NCBI GenBank assembly: GCA_963725865.1
Contig: CAVSAC010000010.1
Span: forward strand, 192,001 to 256,000
Direction of reading: 5' to 3'
Length of the DNA: 64,000 nucleotides
From: Candidatus Eiseniibacteriota bacterium
GTDB taxonomy: Bacteria > Eisenbacteria > RBG-16-71-46
The translations under genes and the position numbers were made by a program. This document shows positions 22,432 to 33,584 of the stretch, in pieces. The notes below the pieces were generated by a model, which was not told the origin of the DNA, ran no database searches, and saw only the letters and a program-made list of their open reading frames with translations. Every line of letters starts with the position of its first letter. The stretch's first letter is position 1.

Positions 22432-24185
22432 GGCAGTCGCACGTCCTTGATCTTGAGCTGGACGCGCACCTGGTCCATCCATTCGTTGCGCGTCGGCACG
22501 AAGGCCAGGTCGCAGACGCCGCGCTTGCGGATCGCCTCGGCGCGCTCTCCGAGCCCGAAGCCGATCGCCTCCGCGGTCCCGGTGCCGTCGCTGACGCGCA
22601 GCCGCAGGTGCTTGCCGCCCCCCACCACCAGCGCCTCGCGCACCTCGACCTCGCGCGCGCGGAAGAGTGGCTCCGGGTTGCCGAGACCGTGCGGCGAGAG
22701 TCGTTCCAGCCAGTCGATCAGCGCGAGGTCGCACTCGGCGAGCGTGATGTCGCCGTCGAGCTCGTGCCGGGCCACGAAGTCCTCCGGCGCCAGCCGCTCG
22801 CGCACCAGGCGCTCGAAGCGCTCGCGCAGCGCGGGCAGGCGTTCGCGCTTCACCGTCAGTCCGGCCGCCACCGCGTGCCCGCCCCAGCCCTCGAGCAGGT
22901 CCCCGCAGTCCGACAGCACCCGGTTGAGATCGAGCCCCGGCAGGCTGCGCCCCGAGCCGCGCCCGCGGTCGCCGTCCATCTTCACGAGCAGCGTCGGCCG
23001 CCGGTAACGGTCCACGAGCCGCGACGCCACGATGCCGATCACGCCCGCGTGCCAGTGGTCCGACCACAGCAGGATGGACGCGCAGCCGGGCCAGCCCAGC
23101 TCGGTCTCGACGCGCCGCGCGGCCTCCTCGAGCGCGCGCGCGTCCAACTCGCGGCGCTGGCGGTTGTCGTCCTCGAGACTCTCGGCGCAGGCCTCGGCCT
23201 CCTGGCGGTCGCGCGCGTGCAGCAGGCGCACGCCCTGCTCGGGGCGGTCCATGCGGCCCGCCGCGTTGATCCGCGGAGCCAGGACGTACGCCACCTGTCC
23301 GCTGGTGATGCGCTTGCCACCCAGCCCCGAGATCTCCGCGAGCACCTTCAGGCCGATCCGCCCGCCCGCGTTGAGGCACTCCAGACCGAGCCGCGCGAGC
23401 ACCCGATTCTCGCCCACCAGCGGTACGACGTCCGCGATGGTGCCGAGCGCGACCACGTCGAGCCATTCGCGCACCCGCTCCAGACCGCCGCGACCGCGCA
23501 TCAGGGCCTGCACCAGCTTGAACGTCACCCCGACCCCGGCCAGCGACTTGAACGGATACGCACAGCCCGCGCGCTGCGGGTTCACGACCGCGACCGCGTC
23601 GGGCAACACCGCCGGCGGCTCGTGATGGTCGGTGATCACCACGTCGATGCCGCACGCCGTCGCGCGGGCCACCGCCTCGACCGCCGTGACGCCGCAGTCG
23701 ACCGTGACGATCAGCGTGAAGCCGGCTCGCCGCGCCTCGTCGATCGCGCGCTCGGACAGGCCGTAGCCGTCGCGGGTGCGGTGCGGGATGCGATAGTCGA
23801 CCTTGCCTCCCAGCCCGAGCAGCGCGCTGTGGAGCAGGAACGTGGACGTGATCCCGTCGACGTCGTAGTCGCCGTAAACCAGGATGCGCTCGCCGTCCTC
23901 GAGCGCCTGGCGGATCCGCGCCACCGCGCGATCGAGGTCGCGGAGGCTGGACGGGTCGTGGAGGTCGTCGAGCGAGGGGTTGAGGAAGCGCTGGACCGCG
24001 TCCGGGGCCTCGAGACCGCGATTGACGAGCGCGTGCGCGGCCGCGAGCGGCGCGTCGAGTGCGCGCGCCAGCGCGCGTGCCCGGTCCGGATCGTGCCGCG
24101 GGTGCAGTACCCACTGCGGAGTCGTGGAAGGCGCGATCACGGGCGCTCGCTTCGGGGGGGATGAGAGAAGGGCCGACGCGCCCAT
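22428..24185 (-). CDS. recJ: Single-stranded-DNA-specific exonuclease RecJ
   Basis: GDYDVDG, VDCG, TDHH, LGTIADVVPL, RINAAGR, GGHAVAAG; exact start uncertain. Confidence 0.96.
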
Positions 24186-24208
24186 ACGCGTCGGCCGGGA
24201 CGCGATGC

Positions 24209-24238
24209 ACGCTAACAGCCGCTTTCCGCGAGGGTCAA
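24209..24238 (-). promoter_or_regulatory. sigma70-like promoter of recJ-rel-dtd-maf
   Basis: TTGACC-N18-TAGCGT with an extended TG. Confidence 0.55.
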
Positions 24239-24294
24239 GCGCGGCCGCCCAGCACGAGGCCCGGCGAGCATGCCCGCCGGGCCCGTGGCATCAG

Positions 24295-24679
<385 letters not shown>

Positions 24680-24696
<17 letters not shown>

Positions 24697-25114
24697 ATCC
24701 TCGCGCCCGATCGAGCGCCTCGTTCACCAGCGCGTCCGCACGCCCATTGTCCTCGCGCGGCACGCTGGTCCAGCGCACCCGACCGAGCTTCCTCACCGCC
24801 TCCTGCGCCTGCCCGTGAAGCGGCTTGAGACCCGCGTTCTTCACGCGGTACTGCCCCGTCATCTGCCTCACCACCAGCTCGGAGTCCATCGCCACCCGCA
24901 GCGGCCGCGCGCCGTGGCGCATCGCGGCCTCGAGCCCCGCGATCAGCGAGCGATACTCCGCGACGTTGTTGGTCACGTGACCGAGGTACTCGCCGCGCGC
25001 CTCGACCTCGGCGCCGCTCGGATCGCTCAGCACGAACCCGAGCGCGCCGGGGCCGGGATTGCCCCGCGAGCCCCCGTCACAGCGCAACGTCCACTCTCGT
25101 GAGGACGGATGCAT
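24680..25114 (-). CDS. rnhA: Ribonuclease HI family protein
   Basis: CDGGSRGNPGP, TNNVAEY, DSELVVRQM, NGRADAL. Confidence 0.93.
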
Positions 25115-25120
25115 GCACGC

Positions 25121-25149
25121 ACGATAATCGATGCGGCAAGAGCGCTCAA
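25121..25149 (-). promoter_or_regulatory. Promoter predicting a leaderless rnhA(-rnpB) transcript
   Basis: TTGAGC-N17-TATCGT lying 6 nt before the ATG; no SD sequence. Confidence 0.5.
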
Positions 25150-25190
25150 ACCCGTTGCGCCCGGCGGCCGCGCGCCGCGCTGGGCGCGGC

Positions 25191-27170
25191 TCAGCGGGGC
25201 GCGTCCAGCTCGCGCGCGAGCGCGGCCGCCCGCCCGTCGGAGGCTTCCGGCAGCGCGGCGGCGCGCGCCAGTGCCGCGCTCGCGCCGGCGCGATCCCCGG
25301 ACGCCAGGCACGCGCGCAGGAGCTGGAGCCATCCGTCGTAGTAGCCCGGATCGAGCGCGACCGTCCGCGCGAACGCGAGCCGGGCTCCCGCCGGATCGCC
25401 GCCGAGGCCGCGCGCCATGCCGAGTGCGTACCAGACCGCGGGATCGTCGGGCCGCCTGGGCGCTGCCACCTCGAGCGCCGCCGCTGCCTCGCGCGGAGAT
25501 CCCGACACCAGCAGCAGCTGCCCGGCAAGCGCGAGCGCCTGCGGCTCGCCGGGCTGCTCGGCGCGCAGCGCCGCCACCTCCGCGCGCGCCTCGGCGAGGC
25601 GCCGCAGTCGCAGCAGCGCGGTCGCGCGCAGCAGCCGCGCGTCGCGCAGCCGCGGCACCAGCGCGAGCGTGGAGTCCGCCGACGCCAGCACCGGGGCCCA
25701 CTCGCCGTAGCGATAGTGCAGGGCCGCGCGCGTCAGGTGCAGCAGCGGCACTCGCGGGCCGAGCCGCGCCGCGACCGCGAGCGCCTGCTCGGCCGCCGCG
25801 CGCTGGCCGCGCTGCGCGAGCAGGTCGGCGCCGCCGATCCAGCCCACCGGATCGCGCGGCTGCGCGGCGCGCATGCGCGCGTACAGCGCCGTTTCGTCGT
25901 GCCACGCGCGCTGCAGCGGCACCGCGACCAGGGCGCTGCCCACGACCAGCACGAGCGCGACGCCGAGCGCCGGCCGGCGGGCGCGCGGCGACGCCAGCGC
26001 GCGCGCCAGTCCCAGCGCCGCCAGCCAGGCGACCCCCGCGCTCGCGAGATACAACAGGCGCTCGCCCGTCGTCAGCGCGCGGCCCGCCCATGCCAGCACC
26101 AGGGCCGGAGCCAGCGAAGCCAGCGCGAGCGTGGCCGGCACCAGCGCCGCCGCGCGCCGGGCGGCCAGCACCACCCAGCCGGCGAGCGCGGCCAGCGTGA
26201 GCACCACGCCGAGCGCGACGCGCGGATCCCCACCGCCCGCCGGCAGCACCAGCGCCGCCTCCGGCGCGTGCGCGGCCCACGGCCACAGGAAGCGCGCGAA
26301 GTGCGGCAGCAGCGTCCACGCCGCCGCCGGCCAGCGCGCCGGCGCGGCGGGATCGACGTAGACCGGCAGCCCGCCCGGCTCCGCGATCCGTTCGTGCGCG
26401 ACCAGCCACAGCGCAACGAGCCCGGCGTAGGGCGCGATCCAGACCAGCGCGGAGCGGAGCCGGGTGGCGGCCGTCCGCGTGCGCACCCACTCCGCGGCCG
26501 CGATGAGCGGCACGATCGCGAGCGCGGACTCCTTGCTGAGCAAGGCGAGCGCCGCCGCGCCGAGCGCCAGCGCCCCCGGCCACGCGCGGCCGGCGACCCG
26601 TGCCCGGCGGTCGGCGCCGTAAGCGAGCAGCACCAGCAGCGCGCTCAGCACGTCGGTGCGTCCGACCACCCACGCCACCGCCTCGGCGTGGGCCGGCATC
26701 GTCGCGAACCACAGCGCGCCCGCGAGCGCAGCCGCGCGCGGCATCCCGGCGTGCGCGATCACGAGGAACAGCGCCGCGCTCGCAGCGCCGTGCAGCAGCA
26801 CGTTCGTGAGGTGGAACGCGAGCCGCGCGTCGCCGCCGAGGTGCGCGTCCACCCACAGCGACAGCGTCACCAGTGGCCGCCACAGTCCCGAGCCGGCCCC
26901 GGCGGGCGCCCAGAAGTCCCGCACCAGCAGCGTCCCGAGCCCCGCGCCCCAGTTCGCGATGCCGCCGATCAGCGCGCTGTCGTCGCGCACCAGCCCATTA
27001 CCGAGACTCGGCAGGTAGACCAGGATCGCCGCCGCCGCCGCCACCAGCGCCAACCACCCGTCGCCGAGGCCCGCGCGCGGCGCGGCCGGCGCACCGGGGC
27101 GCGGCGGCTCGGTCCCTTTCCGTGGCGCGGGCGGGGCGGAGCGACGGGCCCCGGGGCGCGTTCGGCTCAC
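25191..27170 (-). CDS. TMTC-like multi-TM GT-C glycosyltransferase with C-terminal TPR repeats
   Basis: LVRDD, WRPLV, HAEAVAWVVGRTD, SKE and GERLLYLAS motifs typical of TMTC/DUF1736 proteins; TPR-like helices at the C-terminus; GTG start overlapping the upstream stop. Confidence 0.78.
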   Translation of the reverse strand: MSRTRPGARRSAPPAPRKGTEPPRPGAPAAPRAGLGDGWLALVAAAAAILVYLPSLGNGLVRDDSALIGGIANWGAGLGTLLVRDFWAPAGAGSGLWRPLVTLSLWVDAHLGGDARLAFHLTNVLLHGAASAALFLVIAHAGMPRAAALAGALWFATMPAHAEAVAWVVGRTDVLSALLVLLAYGADRRARVAGRAWPGALALGAAALALLSKESALAIVPLIAAAEWVRTRTAATRLRSALVWIAPYAGLVALWLVAHERIAEPGGLPVYVDPAAPARWPAAAWTLLPHFARFLWPWAAHAPEAALVLPAGGGDPRVALGVVLTLAALAGWVVLAARRAAALVPATLALASLAPALVLAWAGRALTTGERLLYLASAGVAWLAALGLARALASPRARRPALGVALVLVVGSALVAVPLQRAWHDETALYARMRAAQPRDPVGWIGGADLLAQRGQRAAAEQALAVAARLGPRVPLLHLTRAALHYRYGEWAPVLASADSTLALVPRLRDARLLRATALLRLRRLAEARAEVAALRAEQPGEPQALALAGQLLLVSGSPREAAAALEVAAPRRPDDPAVWYALGMARGLGGDPAGARLAFARTVALDPGYYDGWLQLLRACLASGDRAGASAALARAAALPEASDGRAAALARELDAPR

Positions 27171-28582
27171 GCGTCCGACCCGGCCGCCGCGGGCTCCACC
27201 CAGCCCGCGCGCTCGAGCGCCGTCCACGCATCGGCCTCGCCGCGCTGCATGAGCTCCTCGGCGATCGCCGGCTCGAATCCGAGCTGGGTCCCCGGGAGGG
27301 GCGCCGCCGGCTCCACCACGCACACCGGGCTGGGTGGCCCGGCAGCCGACCACTCGGACGGCAGCTGGCGCAACTCGGTCTGGAGATCGCGCCAGTTCGC
27401 CACGTCGAGCAGGCGCGCGCCGACCTCGAGGAGATTCGGCCCCTGCCCGCTCGGTACCGGGGCGGCGCTCGGTGACACCAGCACCAGCAGCAGCGCATCG
27501 GCGCCGGCGGCGATCGCCGCGTGCAGCGGCTGGTTCGAGAACAGACCGGCGTCCACGAACTCGCGCCCCTGGATGCGCACCGGCTCGAACACCACCGGGA
27601 TCGCCGAGGACGCCACCGCTGCCTCGATCACCTCGCTCGGGGCACGCAGCACGACGACGTCGCCGAGCGCATCCTCCACGCCGGCCCGAAACTCCGCCGA
27701 CGGCTCGGCGCCGTTGACGAAGTACGCCACGCGCCCGGTGGCCACCTCGCACGCCGTGATGATCAGCGCGGGGTCGGGCCCCATCAACTGCCTGCCGTCG
27801 CCGTCGGCCACCAGACGATCGAGCAGGCGCCGGCGCGCGCCGCTCTGCCACAGCCCGCGTCCGCCGGTCTCGGGCAGCAGCCCCAGCAGCAGCCGTCGCA
27901 CGCGATCGCTCGAAGGCGCGGAGCGGTTGAGGAACCACACCGCGGTGCCCGTCAGCAGCACGACCAGATGAAAGCGGCTCGGCCACGACAGCCCCGCGCC
28001 CATCGCGACGACATAGAGCAGGGCGAGCGCGAGCAGCGCGCGTCCGAACCATCGTTGCGCCACCTCCGGATCGCGCGAGTGCGCCAGCCGCGCGAGCAGG
28101 TCCTCGATCTGCCGCGAGAACACCACGACGCCGAGCGCGATCACCGCGGCGATCTGCCATGCGAGCGTCTCGAGGTAGACGGAGTGCATCTCGTGCGGGA
28201 GCATCGCGCGGCGGTAGAGCCCCGCGAGCCCCAGCTCCGGCAGGTCCGCGAGCGCCAACAGCGCCTCGAGCGCGGCCACGGTCGCCACGAACAGCCCGCC
28301 GATGCGGAGCATCAGCGTGGTCCAGCGCATCCCGACGCTGGCGGGGCGCAGCGTGCGCCACCGCCGCGCAAGGCCCGCTGCCTGAAATCCGTGCGCGATC
28401 CACGCGACCGCGTTGATCGCGCCGACCGAGACGCCGAGCAGCACCTGGGGCCGCAGGCCGGCCGCCTCGAGCGCGCGGAACACGCCGACCTCGTACGCCC
28501 CCAGCGCGCCGCCGCCCGAGAGCACGAGCGCGAGACGACGGAACGGCCAGGTGCGGGTGCGGCGACGCGGGGCCGCGTCCAC
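27167..28582 (-). CDS. Patatin-like phospholipase with internal hydrophobic segments
   Basis: GGGALG, GVSVG (GxSxG), ASSAIP, FVDAG. Confidence 0.88.
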   Translation of the reverse strand: MDAAPRRRTRTWPFRRLALVLSGGGALGAYEVGVFRALEAAGLRPQVLLGVSVGAINAVAWIAHGFQAAGLARRWRTLRPASVGMRWTTLMLRIGGLFVATVAALEALLALADLPELGLAGLYRRAMLPHEMHSVYLETLAWQIAAVIALGVVVFSRQIEDLLARLAHSRDPEVAQRWFGRALLALALLYVVAMGAGLSWPSRFHLVVLLTGTAVWFLNRSAPSSDRVRRLLLGLLPETGGRGLWQSGARRRLLDRLVADGDGRQLMGPDPALIITACEVATGRVAYFVNGAEPSAEFRAGVEDALGDVVVLRAPSEVIEAAVASSAIPVVFEPVRIQGREFVDAGLFSNQPLHAAIAAGADALLLVLVSPSAAPVPSGQGPNLLEVGARLLDVANWRDLQTELRQLPSEWSAAGPPSPVCVVEPAAPLPGTQLGFEPAIAEELMQRGEADAWTALERAGWVEPAAAGSDA

Positions 28583-28595
28583 GGAGGGGCTCCGG

Positions 28596-29309
28596 TCAGG
28601 CCGCGTCGGGCGGCCAGACCACCAGGCGCCCGCAGCCGTCGCACGTCAGCACGCGGTCACCGCGTTTGGCGTCGAGGAGGGCCTGCGGCGGCTGCTTGCG
28701 GAAGCACCCGCCGCACGAGCCGTCGCGGAGCGCGACCACCGCGCGGCCGTCGCGCATCAGGTGGATACGCTCGTAGCGGGTGCGGGTGCCGGACGCCAGG
28801 TGCTGGAGCTGCGCGGCACGTTCGGCGTCGACCGCCGCCAGGCGTTCGCGCAGCGACGTCTCTTCGCCCTCGATCCTCGCCACCCGGGTGGAGACCTCCT
28901 GCTCGGCCAGCTTCAGCGCGCTCTCGGCGAGCGGCCGCTGCGCCGCGGCATGCTCCTCCTCCTCCATCTTGACCAGCACGCTGGTCTCGACGTCGGAGCG
29001 CTGCTGCCGGGTCTGCGTGATCTCGTGGGTGAGCGCCTGGTACTCGGCGTTCGTCTTCACCATGGCCTGCTGGCTGAGGAATTTCCGCTCCTGCTCGCCC
29101 AGGCTCTCGATGTCCTTCTCGAGCGCGCGCCGCGCCTTCTGCAGCTCCGCGAGTCGCGCCTTCACGCTCTCGACCCGGGTGCGCTCCGTCGCCAGCCGCT
29201 GCTCCGCCACCGCGCGCTCCGCGGGGAACCGCTGCAGCTCCGCCCGCAGGACGACGGCCTGCTCGTCGAGCCCGTGCAGGGCCCACAGTCGATCGATCTC
29301 GTCGCTCAT
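28596..29309 (-). CDS. C4-type zinc-ribbon coiled-coil protein (DUF164-like)
   Basis: Long coiled coil, then CGGC...CDGCGR; AGGAG RBS. Confidence 0.9.
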   Translation of the reverse strand: MSDEIDRLWALHGLDEQAVVLRAELQRFPAERAVAEQRLATERTRVESVKARLAELQKARRALEKDIESLGEQERKFLSQQAMVKTNAEYQALTHEITQTRQQRSDVETSVLVKMEEEEHAAAQRPLAESALKLAEQEVSTRVARIEGEETSLRERLAAVDAERAAQLQHLASGTRTRYERIHLMRDGRAVVALRDGSCGGCFRKQPPQALLDAKRGDRVLTCDGCGRLVVWPPDAA

Positions 29310-29330
29310 GGGGCGCTCCTGGAAATGCGA

Positions 29331-29358
29331 ACGGGGACGCCCGGAAGGGCGTCCCCGT
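29331..29358 (-). terminator. Strong hairpin (terminator/attenuator-like) between the tRNAs and the zinc-ribbon gene
   Basis: Perfect 12-bp stem ACGGGGACGCCC/GGGCGTCCCCGT with a 4-nt loop, followed by TCGCATTT on the minus strand. Confidence 0.5.
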
Positions 29359-29506
29359 GGATGGGGCCTGCGGGGCGCTGCGCGCGCACCGCGTCCGGCC
29401 GGCGCGGATCTCGCGCGGTCCCGGACATCGGGTGTCGAAGCGCAGCGGGCACGGCGATACTCCGTTCGCGTCCGACGGCGCCGATGCGCGCCGTCGCAGG
29501 GGAAGA

Positions 29507-29582
29507 TGGTGGGCGGAACAGGACTTGAACCTGTGACCCCCTGGTTGTGATCCAGGTGCTCTGCCAGCTGAGCTACCCGCCC
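29507..29582 (-). tRNA. tRNA-Val(CAC)
   Basis: 76-nt cloverleaf GGGCGGG...GCCCACCA, anticodon loop AT-CAC-AA, GTTCAAGTC T-loop. Confidence 0.95.
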
Positions 29583-29623
29583 TTCGGGGCTCCGGTACGG
29601 GCATGCGTCACCCGGGTGATCCA

Positions 29624-29697
29624 TGGGCCCACCTGGATTCGAACCAGGGTCTCGCCGGTTATGAGCCGGCCGCTCTGGACCGCTGAGCTATGGGCCC
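29624..29697 (-). tRNA. tRNA with CAT anticodon, probably tRNA-Ile2 (lysidine)
   Basis: Cloverleaf GGGCCCA.../TGGGCCC-A, loop CT-CAT-AA; paired G1-C72 (not initiator); C4/C5 acceptor pairs fit Ile2; CCA not encoded. Confidence 0.88.
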
Positions 29698-29737
29698 AGC
29701 GCGTGGCGCGCAAGGATCGGCAGCCGGAAGCCGGGTG

Positions 29738-29767
29738 TTTCTATCACCCGGCTCGGAATGGTGTCAA
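29738..29767 (-). promoter_or_regulatory. Promoter for tRNA-Ile2/tRNA-Val
   Basis: TTGACA-N18-TAGAAA with an extended TG. Confidence 0.5.
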
Positions 29768-30027
29768 GACAGGTGCTGCGGTGCTCGCTTGGATCGTGGA
29801 CTTCCGAGCCTCCATCCGGGAGATACTCCCATGCTTTCTCGTTCGGATCCCGGCGCGCCGCGGCGGTGACGAGGCGCGTCCCGGCGCCCGGGGACACGCT
29901 CGCGCTGCCCGACGTCGTCCTCACCCCGCTGCCCTGAGCGCCCCGACCCGGCGCGCGGAGCGACTCGGATCGGCGCGGGGCGCGCGACGGAACGCCGCCG
30001 CGCCCCGCGCGGGTCGTGCCGCCCGCG

Positions 30028-31830
30028 CTACAGCAGCTCGGTGTAGGCCTTGAGTCGCCGACTGCGCGTCGGGTGCCGCAGCTTGCGGAGCGCCTTCGCC
30101 TCGATCTGACGGATGCGCTCGCGCGTGACGTTGAAGAACGCGCCCACCTCTTCGAGCGTGCGCTGGGCGCCGTCCTCGGTGAGGCCGAAGCGCAGGCGGA
30201 TCACCTTCGCCTCGCGCGGGGTGAGCGTGCGCAGCACGTCGTTGACCTCGTCGCGCAGCATCGCGGCCGCCGCTGAATGCGCGGGACTCACGACGCTGGT
30301 GTCCTCGATGAAGTCGCCGAGGTTCGAGTCGTCGTCCTCGCCGATCGGGCGGTCGAGCGAGATCGGCTCCTGCGCGGCCTTGAGGATGCTCTTCACCTTG
30401 TCGACCGGCAGCTCGAGCCGCTCCGCGATCTCCTCGGGCGTGGGCTCGCGGCCCAGCTCCTGGACCAGCCGCCGCGAGACGCGCACCACGCGGTTGATGT
30501 GCTCGATCATGTGCACCGGCACGCGGATGGTGCGCGCCTGGTCCGCGATCGCGCGCGTGATGGCCTGGCGGATCCACCACGTGGCGTAGGTCGAGAACTT
30601 GTAGCCCTTCGTGTAGTCGAACTTGTCGACCGCGCGCATCAGGCCGGAGTTGCCTTCCTGGATCAGGTCGAGGAACTCGAGGCCGCGGTTCGTGTAACGC
30701 TTGGCGATCGAGATCACGAGCCGGACGTTCGCCTCGATCATCTCCTTCTTCGCCTGCCCGGTGGCGCGCTCGCCGTCGCGGATCTGGCGGTGGAGCTCCA
30801 GCAGGTGCTCCATCGACATCCGCGCCTCCTCCTCGAGGCGCTTGATCTCCTTGCGGTGCTCCTTGAGGTCCTCGGTGAACTCCTGGATCTGCGTGGGCTG
30901 GAGCCCCGAGTCGCGCTTGAGGGCGCGCAGCTCCTTCGGTCCCTTCTTGAGCCGCCGCATGAAGCCCTGCATCTCCTCGATCGCGTGGCCGTAGTGCTTC
31001 TCGATCGCGCCCTCGGCCTCCTGCAGCACCTGCGCGCGCTCGGCCAGGCCCTTCACCGGATGCGAGAGCCCCTCGACCATGCGCGGATTCATCGAGAGCT
31101 TGTGCAGCTCCTGCGTGAGCTCGGCCTCGACCTTCGCGAAGTTCGCCTGGTAGTTCGCGCGCTGGCGGTCCGTCATGCGCTCGTGCTGGCGCTCGAGCAG
31201 GTCGTTGTAGCGCTTCTGCAGCGCGAACACGCGCTCGAGGATCTTCACCGCGCGCAGCCGCTCCTTCTTGAGCGCCTGCTCGGTCGCCGCGTTCTCGTCG
31301 ACCTTGATGAAGTCCTCGATCTTGAGCAGACCCTCCTTGAGCTTCTTGAGCAGGCCCTTGATCTCGCGCACCGACGGGTCGGCGCGGAACAGCGCCGAGA
31401 CCACCTGACGCTCGCCGGCCTCGATGCGACGCGCGATCTCGACCTCGCCCTCGCGCGTCAGCAGCGGGACGCGGCCCATCTCGCGCAGGTACATGCGCAC
31501 CGGGTCGTCGTAGCGGACCGGCTGCTGCGGGACCGTCTTGGCCGCGGGGGAGGCCTTCTTGTCCTCGATCTTGCGCAGCTTCTTCAGCCGCTCCTGGGCA
31601 TCCTCGTCGCTCGCGAAGACCTCCATGTGCATCTGGTTGAGCATCCCATGGATCTCCTCCATGAGATCGACCTGCGCCTCGGGCTCCTGGTTGTCGTCGA
31701 GGAGCCACACGATCTGGTCCTCGGTGATGTAGCCCTGGCGAAGCGCCAGCGACTTGATCTCGTCGAGTCGCTTGCGCTGCTCGGCCTTCTCCTTGAGCTT
31801 CGCCTGTTTCTTGGTGGTGGCTGCCGCCAT
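30028..31830 (-). CDS. rpoD: RNA polymerase primary sigma factor
   Basis: [56 protein letters not shown]. Confidence 0.98.
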   Translation of the reverse strand: MAAATTKKQAKLKEKAEQRKRLDEIKSLALRQGYITEDQIVWLLDDNQEPEAQVDLMEEIHGMLNQMHMEVFASDEDAQERLKKLRKIEDKKASPAAKTVPQQPVRYDDPVRMYLREMGRVPLLTREGEVEIARRIEAGERQVVSALFRADPSVREIKGLLKKLKEGLLKIEDFIKVDENAATEQALKKERLRAVKILERVFALQKRYNDLLERQHERMTDRQRANYQANFAKVEAELTQELHKLSMNPRMVEGLSHPVKGLAERAQVLQEAEGAIEKHYGHAIEEMQGFMRRLKKGPKELRALKRDSGLQPTQIQEFTEDLKEHRKEIKRLEEEARMSMEHLLELHRQIRDGERATGQAKKEMIEANVRLVISIAKRYTNRGLEFLDLIQEGNSGLMRAVDKFDYTKGYKFSTYATWWIRQAITRAIADQARTIRVPVHMIEHINRVVRVSRRLVQELGREPTPEEIAERLELPVDKVKSILKAAQEPISLDRPIGEDDDSNLGDFIEDTSVVSPAHSAAAAMLRDEVNDVLRTLTPREAKVIRLRFGLTEDGAQRTLEEVGAFFNVTRERIRQIEAKALRKLRHPTRSRRLKAYTELL

Positions 31831-31844
31831 CGATCCCCGCTCCT

Positions 31845-33584
31845 TCACGCGTTGAGGTTGCGAAGCGTCGCTGCGATGTCCTGGATCTCGTGGAGCAGGC
31901 GCTCGGCGTCGGCACCGCCCGCCTTCCGCAGCTCCTGCTCGATCGTGCGTCGTCGTTCCGTCAGCCGCCGCGCCACCAGGATGCGAGTGGCGCCGCGAGC
32001 CTCCTGTTCCCAGTCCAGCGGCTCACCCACGGTGGCGAGCTCGCGCGCCAGCGCCCCGGACGTCTCGTCGTCCGGCAGCCCGTCGCGTCCCTCCCACATC
32101 CACTGCGCCAGCGCGGCGCAGGCGGGATCGCGGAAGTCCTCCGGCGCGAGCACCTCGCGCGCGCCGACCATCGACTGCGGGGCGTTCAGCAACGCCCGCA
32201 GCAACTGCGTCTCGGCATGGCGGTCGCCACGCTGTTGCTCGCGCACGGCCGCCCGCACCGGCGCCGGCGAGGCCTCGCCGCGCCGCCGCAGACCCACCGC
32301 GCGTTGCAGCACCGCGGCCGGCACCGCGAGCACTTCGACCGCGCGCTCCAGCAGCAACTGCAGCCGCACCGGATCCGGGATGCCGGCTCCCAGCGTGACC
32401 ACCGCCTGCAGCGCGCGTTCGCGCGGATCGCCCGCTCCCGGGCCCTGCATCACGTGGCGCTGGACGAACTCCACCGGGTCGGCGGCGCGCTGCCGCAGCG
32501 CCTGCCACGCGTCGGCGCCACCCCGCTGCACCAGCGTGTCCGGGTCATCGCCCGCCGGCAGGTCCACCACCACCACGTCGAGCCCTTCGGCGAGCAGCGT
32601 GCCGAGCGAGCGCATCATCGCGTTCTGCCCCGCCGCGTCGCCGTCGTAGGCCAGCGCCACGCGCGAGACCAGCCGTCGCAGCAGCCGCGCCTGGTCGGGC
32701 GTGAAGGCGGTCCCCGACGTCGCCACCGTGTGGCCGAGCCCCGCCTGGTGCATCGCGATCGCGTCGAAGTAACCCTCCACCACGATCATCTCGCCGCCCG
32801 GTTCGGCCCGCTTGCGCGCCTGCTCGAGCGCGAACAGGAACGATCCCTTGTGGTACACCGCGCTCTCGGAGGAGTTCAGGTACTTCGGCTCGTCGCCGGG
32901 GGCCAGCGCGCGGGCGCCGAAGCCGAGCACCGCCCCACCCGGGGCCACCAGCGGGACCATGAGCCGGTTGCGGAAGCGGTCGTAGATCCCGCCGCGCTCG
33001 CGCCGGGACGCCAGCCCTGCGTCGACCAGGGTCGCTTCGCCGAGGCGCCCGAGGCGCTGCACCAGGTTCTCCCAGCCGGCCGGGGCGAGCCCGAGCCGAA
33101 ATTCGCGCAGCGTTTCCGGCCGCAGCCCGCGCCGCTCGAGGTACTCGCGCGTGCTCGCACCGGCAGTGGGGTCCGCGAGCCAGCGTTCGTAGGACGCCGC
33201 CGCCTGCTCGAGCGCCTCGAGCAGCCGCGCCCGCGCGCCCCGGTCGCCGGGGGCACCGCGTTCGGGCACCGGGATGTTCGCGCGCCGGCTCAGCATCTCG
33301 ACGGCCTCGAGGAACCCGACGTGCTGGCTCTCCTGCACGAACTTGAAGACGTCGCCTCCCACCTTGCACGAGAAACAGTGATAGAACTGCCGCTCCGCGT
33401 TCACCGAGAACGACGGAGTCTTCTCCTTGTGGAACGGACACAGTCCGGTCCAATTGCGGCCCACCCGCTTGAGCGGGACACTCTCGCCCACGATCTCGAC
33501 GATGTCGCTCGCGGCGCGCACGCGCTCCACCCAGTCGTCGGACTCGCGGCGTACGCCGCCGGCGCGCGGCAGGGTGTTGCTCAT
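31845..33584 (-). CDS. dnaG: DNA primase
   Basis: [11 protein letters not shown] zinc finger, KYLNS, VEGYFD, YDGDAAG. Confidence 0.97.
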   Translation of the reverse strand: MSNTLPRAGGVRRESDDWVERVRAASDIVEIVGESVPLKRVGRNWTGLCPFHKEKTPSFSVNAERQFYHCFSCKVGGDVFKFVQESQHVGFLEAVEMLSRRANIPVPERGAPGDRGARARLLEALEQAAASYERWLADPTAGASTREYLERRGLRPETLREFRLGLAPAGWENLVQRLGRLGEATLVDAGLASRRERGGIYDRFRNRLMVPLVAPGGAVLGFGARALAPGDEPKYLNSSESAVYHKGSFLFALEQARKRAEPGGEMIVVEGYFDAIAMHQAGLGHTVATSGTAFTPDQARLLRRLVSRVALAYDGDAAGQNAMMRSLGTLLAEGLDVVVVDLPAGDDPDTLVQRGGADAWQALRQRAADPVEFVQRHVMQGPGAGDPRERALQAVVTLGAGIPDPVRLQLLLERAVEVLAVPAAVLQRAVGLRRRGEASPAPVRAAVREQQRGDRHAETQLLRALLNAPQSMVGAREVLAPEDFRDPACAALAQWMWEGRDGLPDDETSGALARELATVGEPLDWEQEARGATRILVARRLTERRRTIEQELRKAGGADAERLLHEIQDIAATLRNLNA

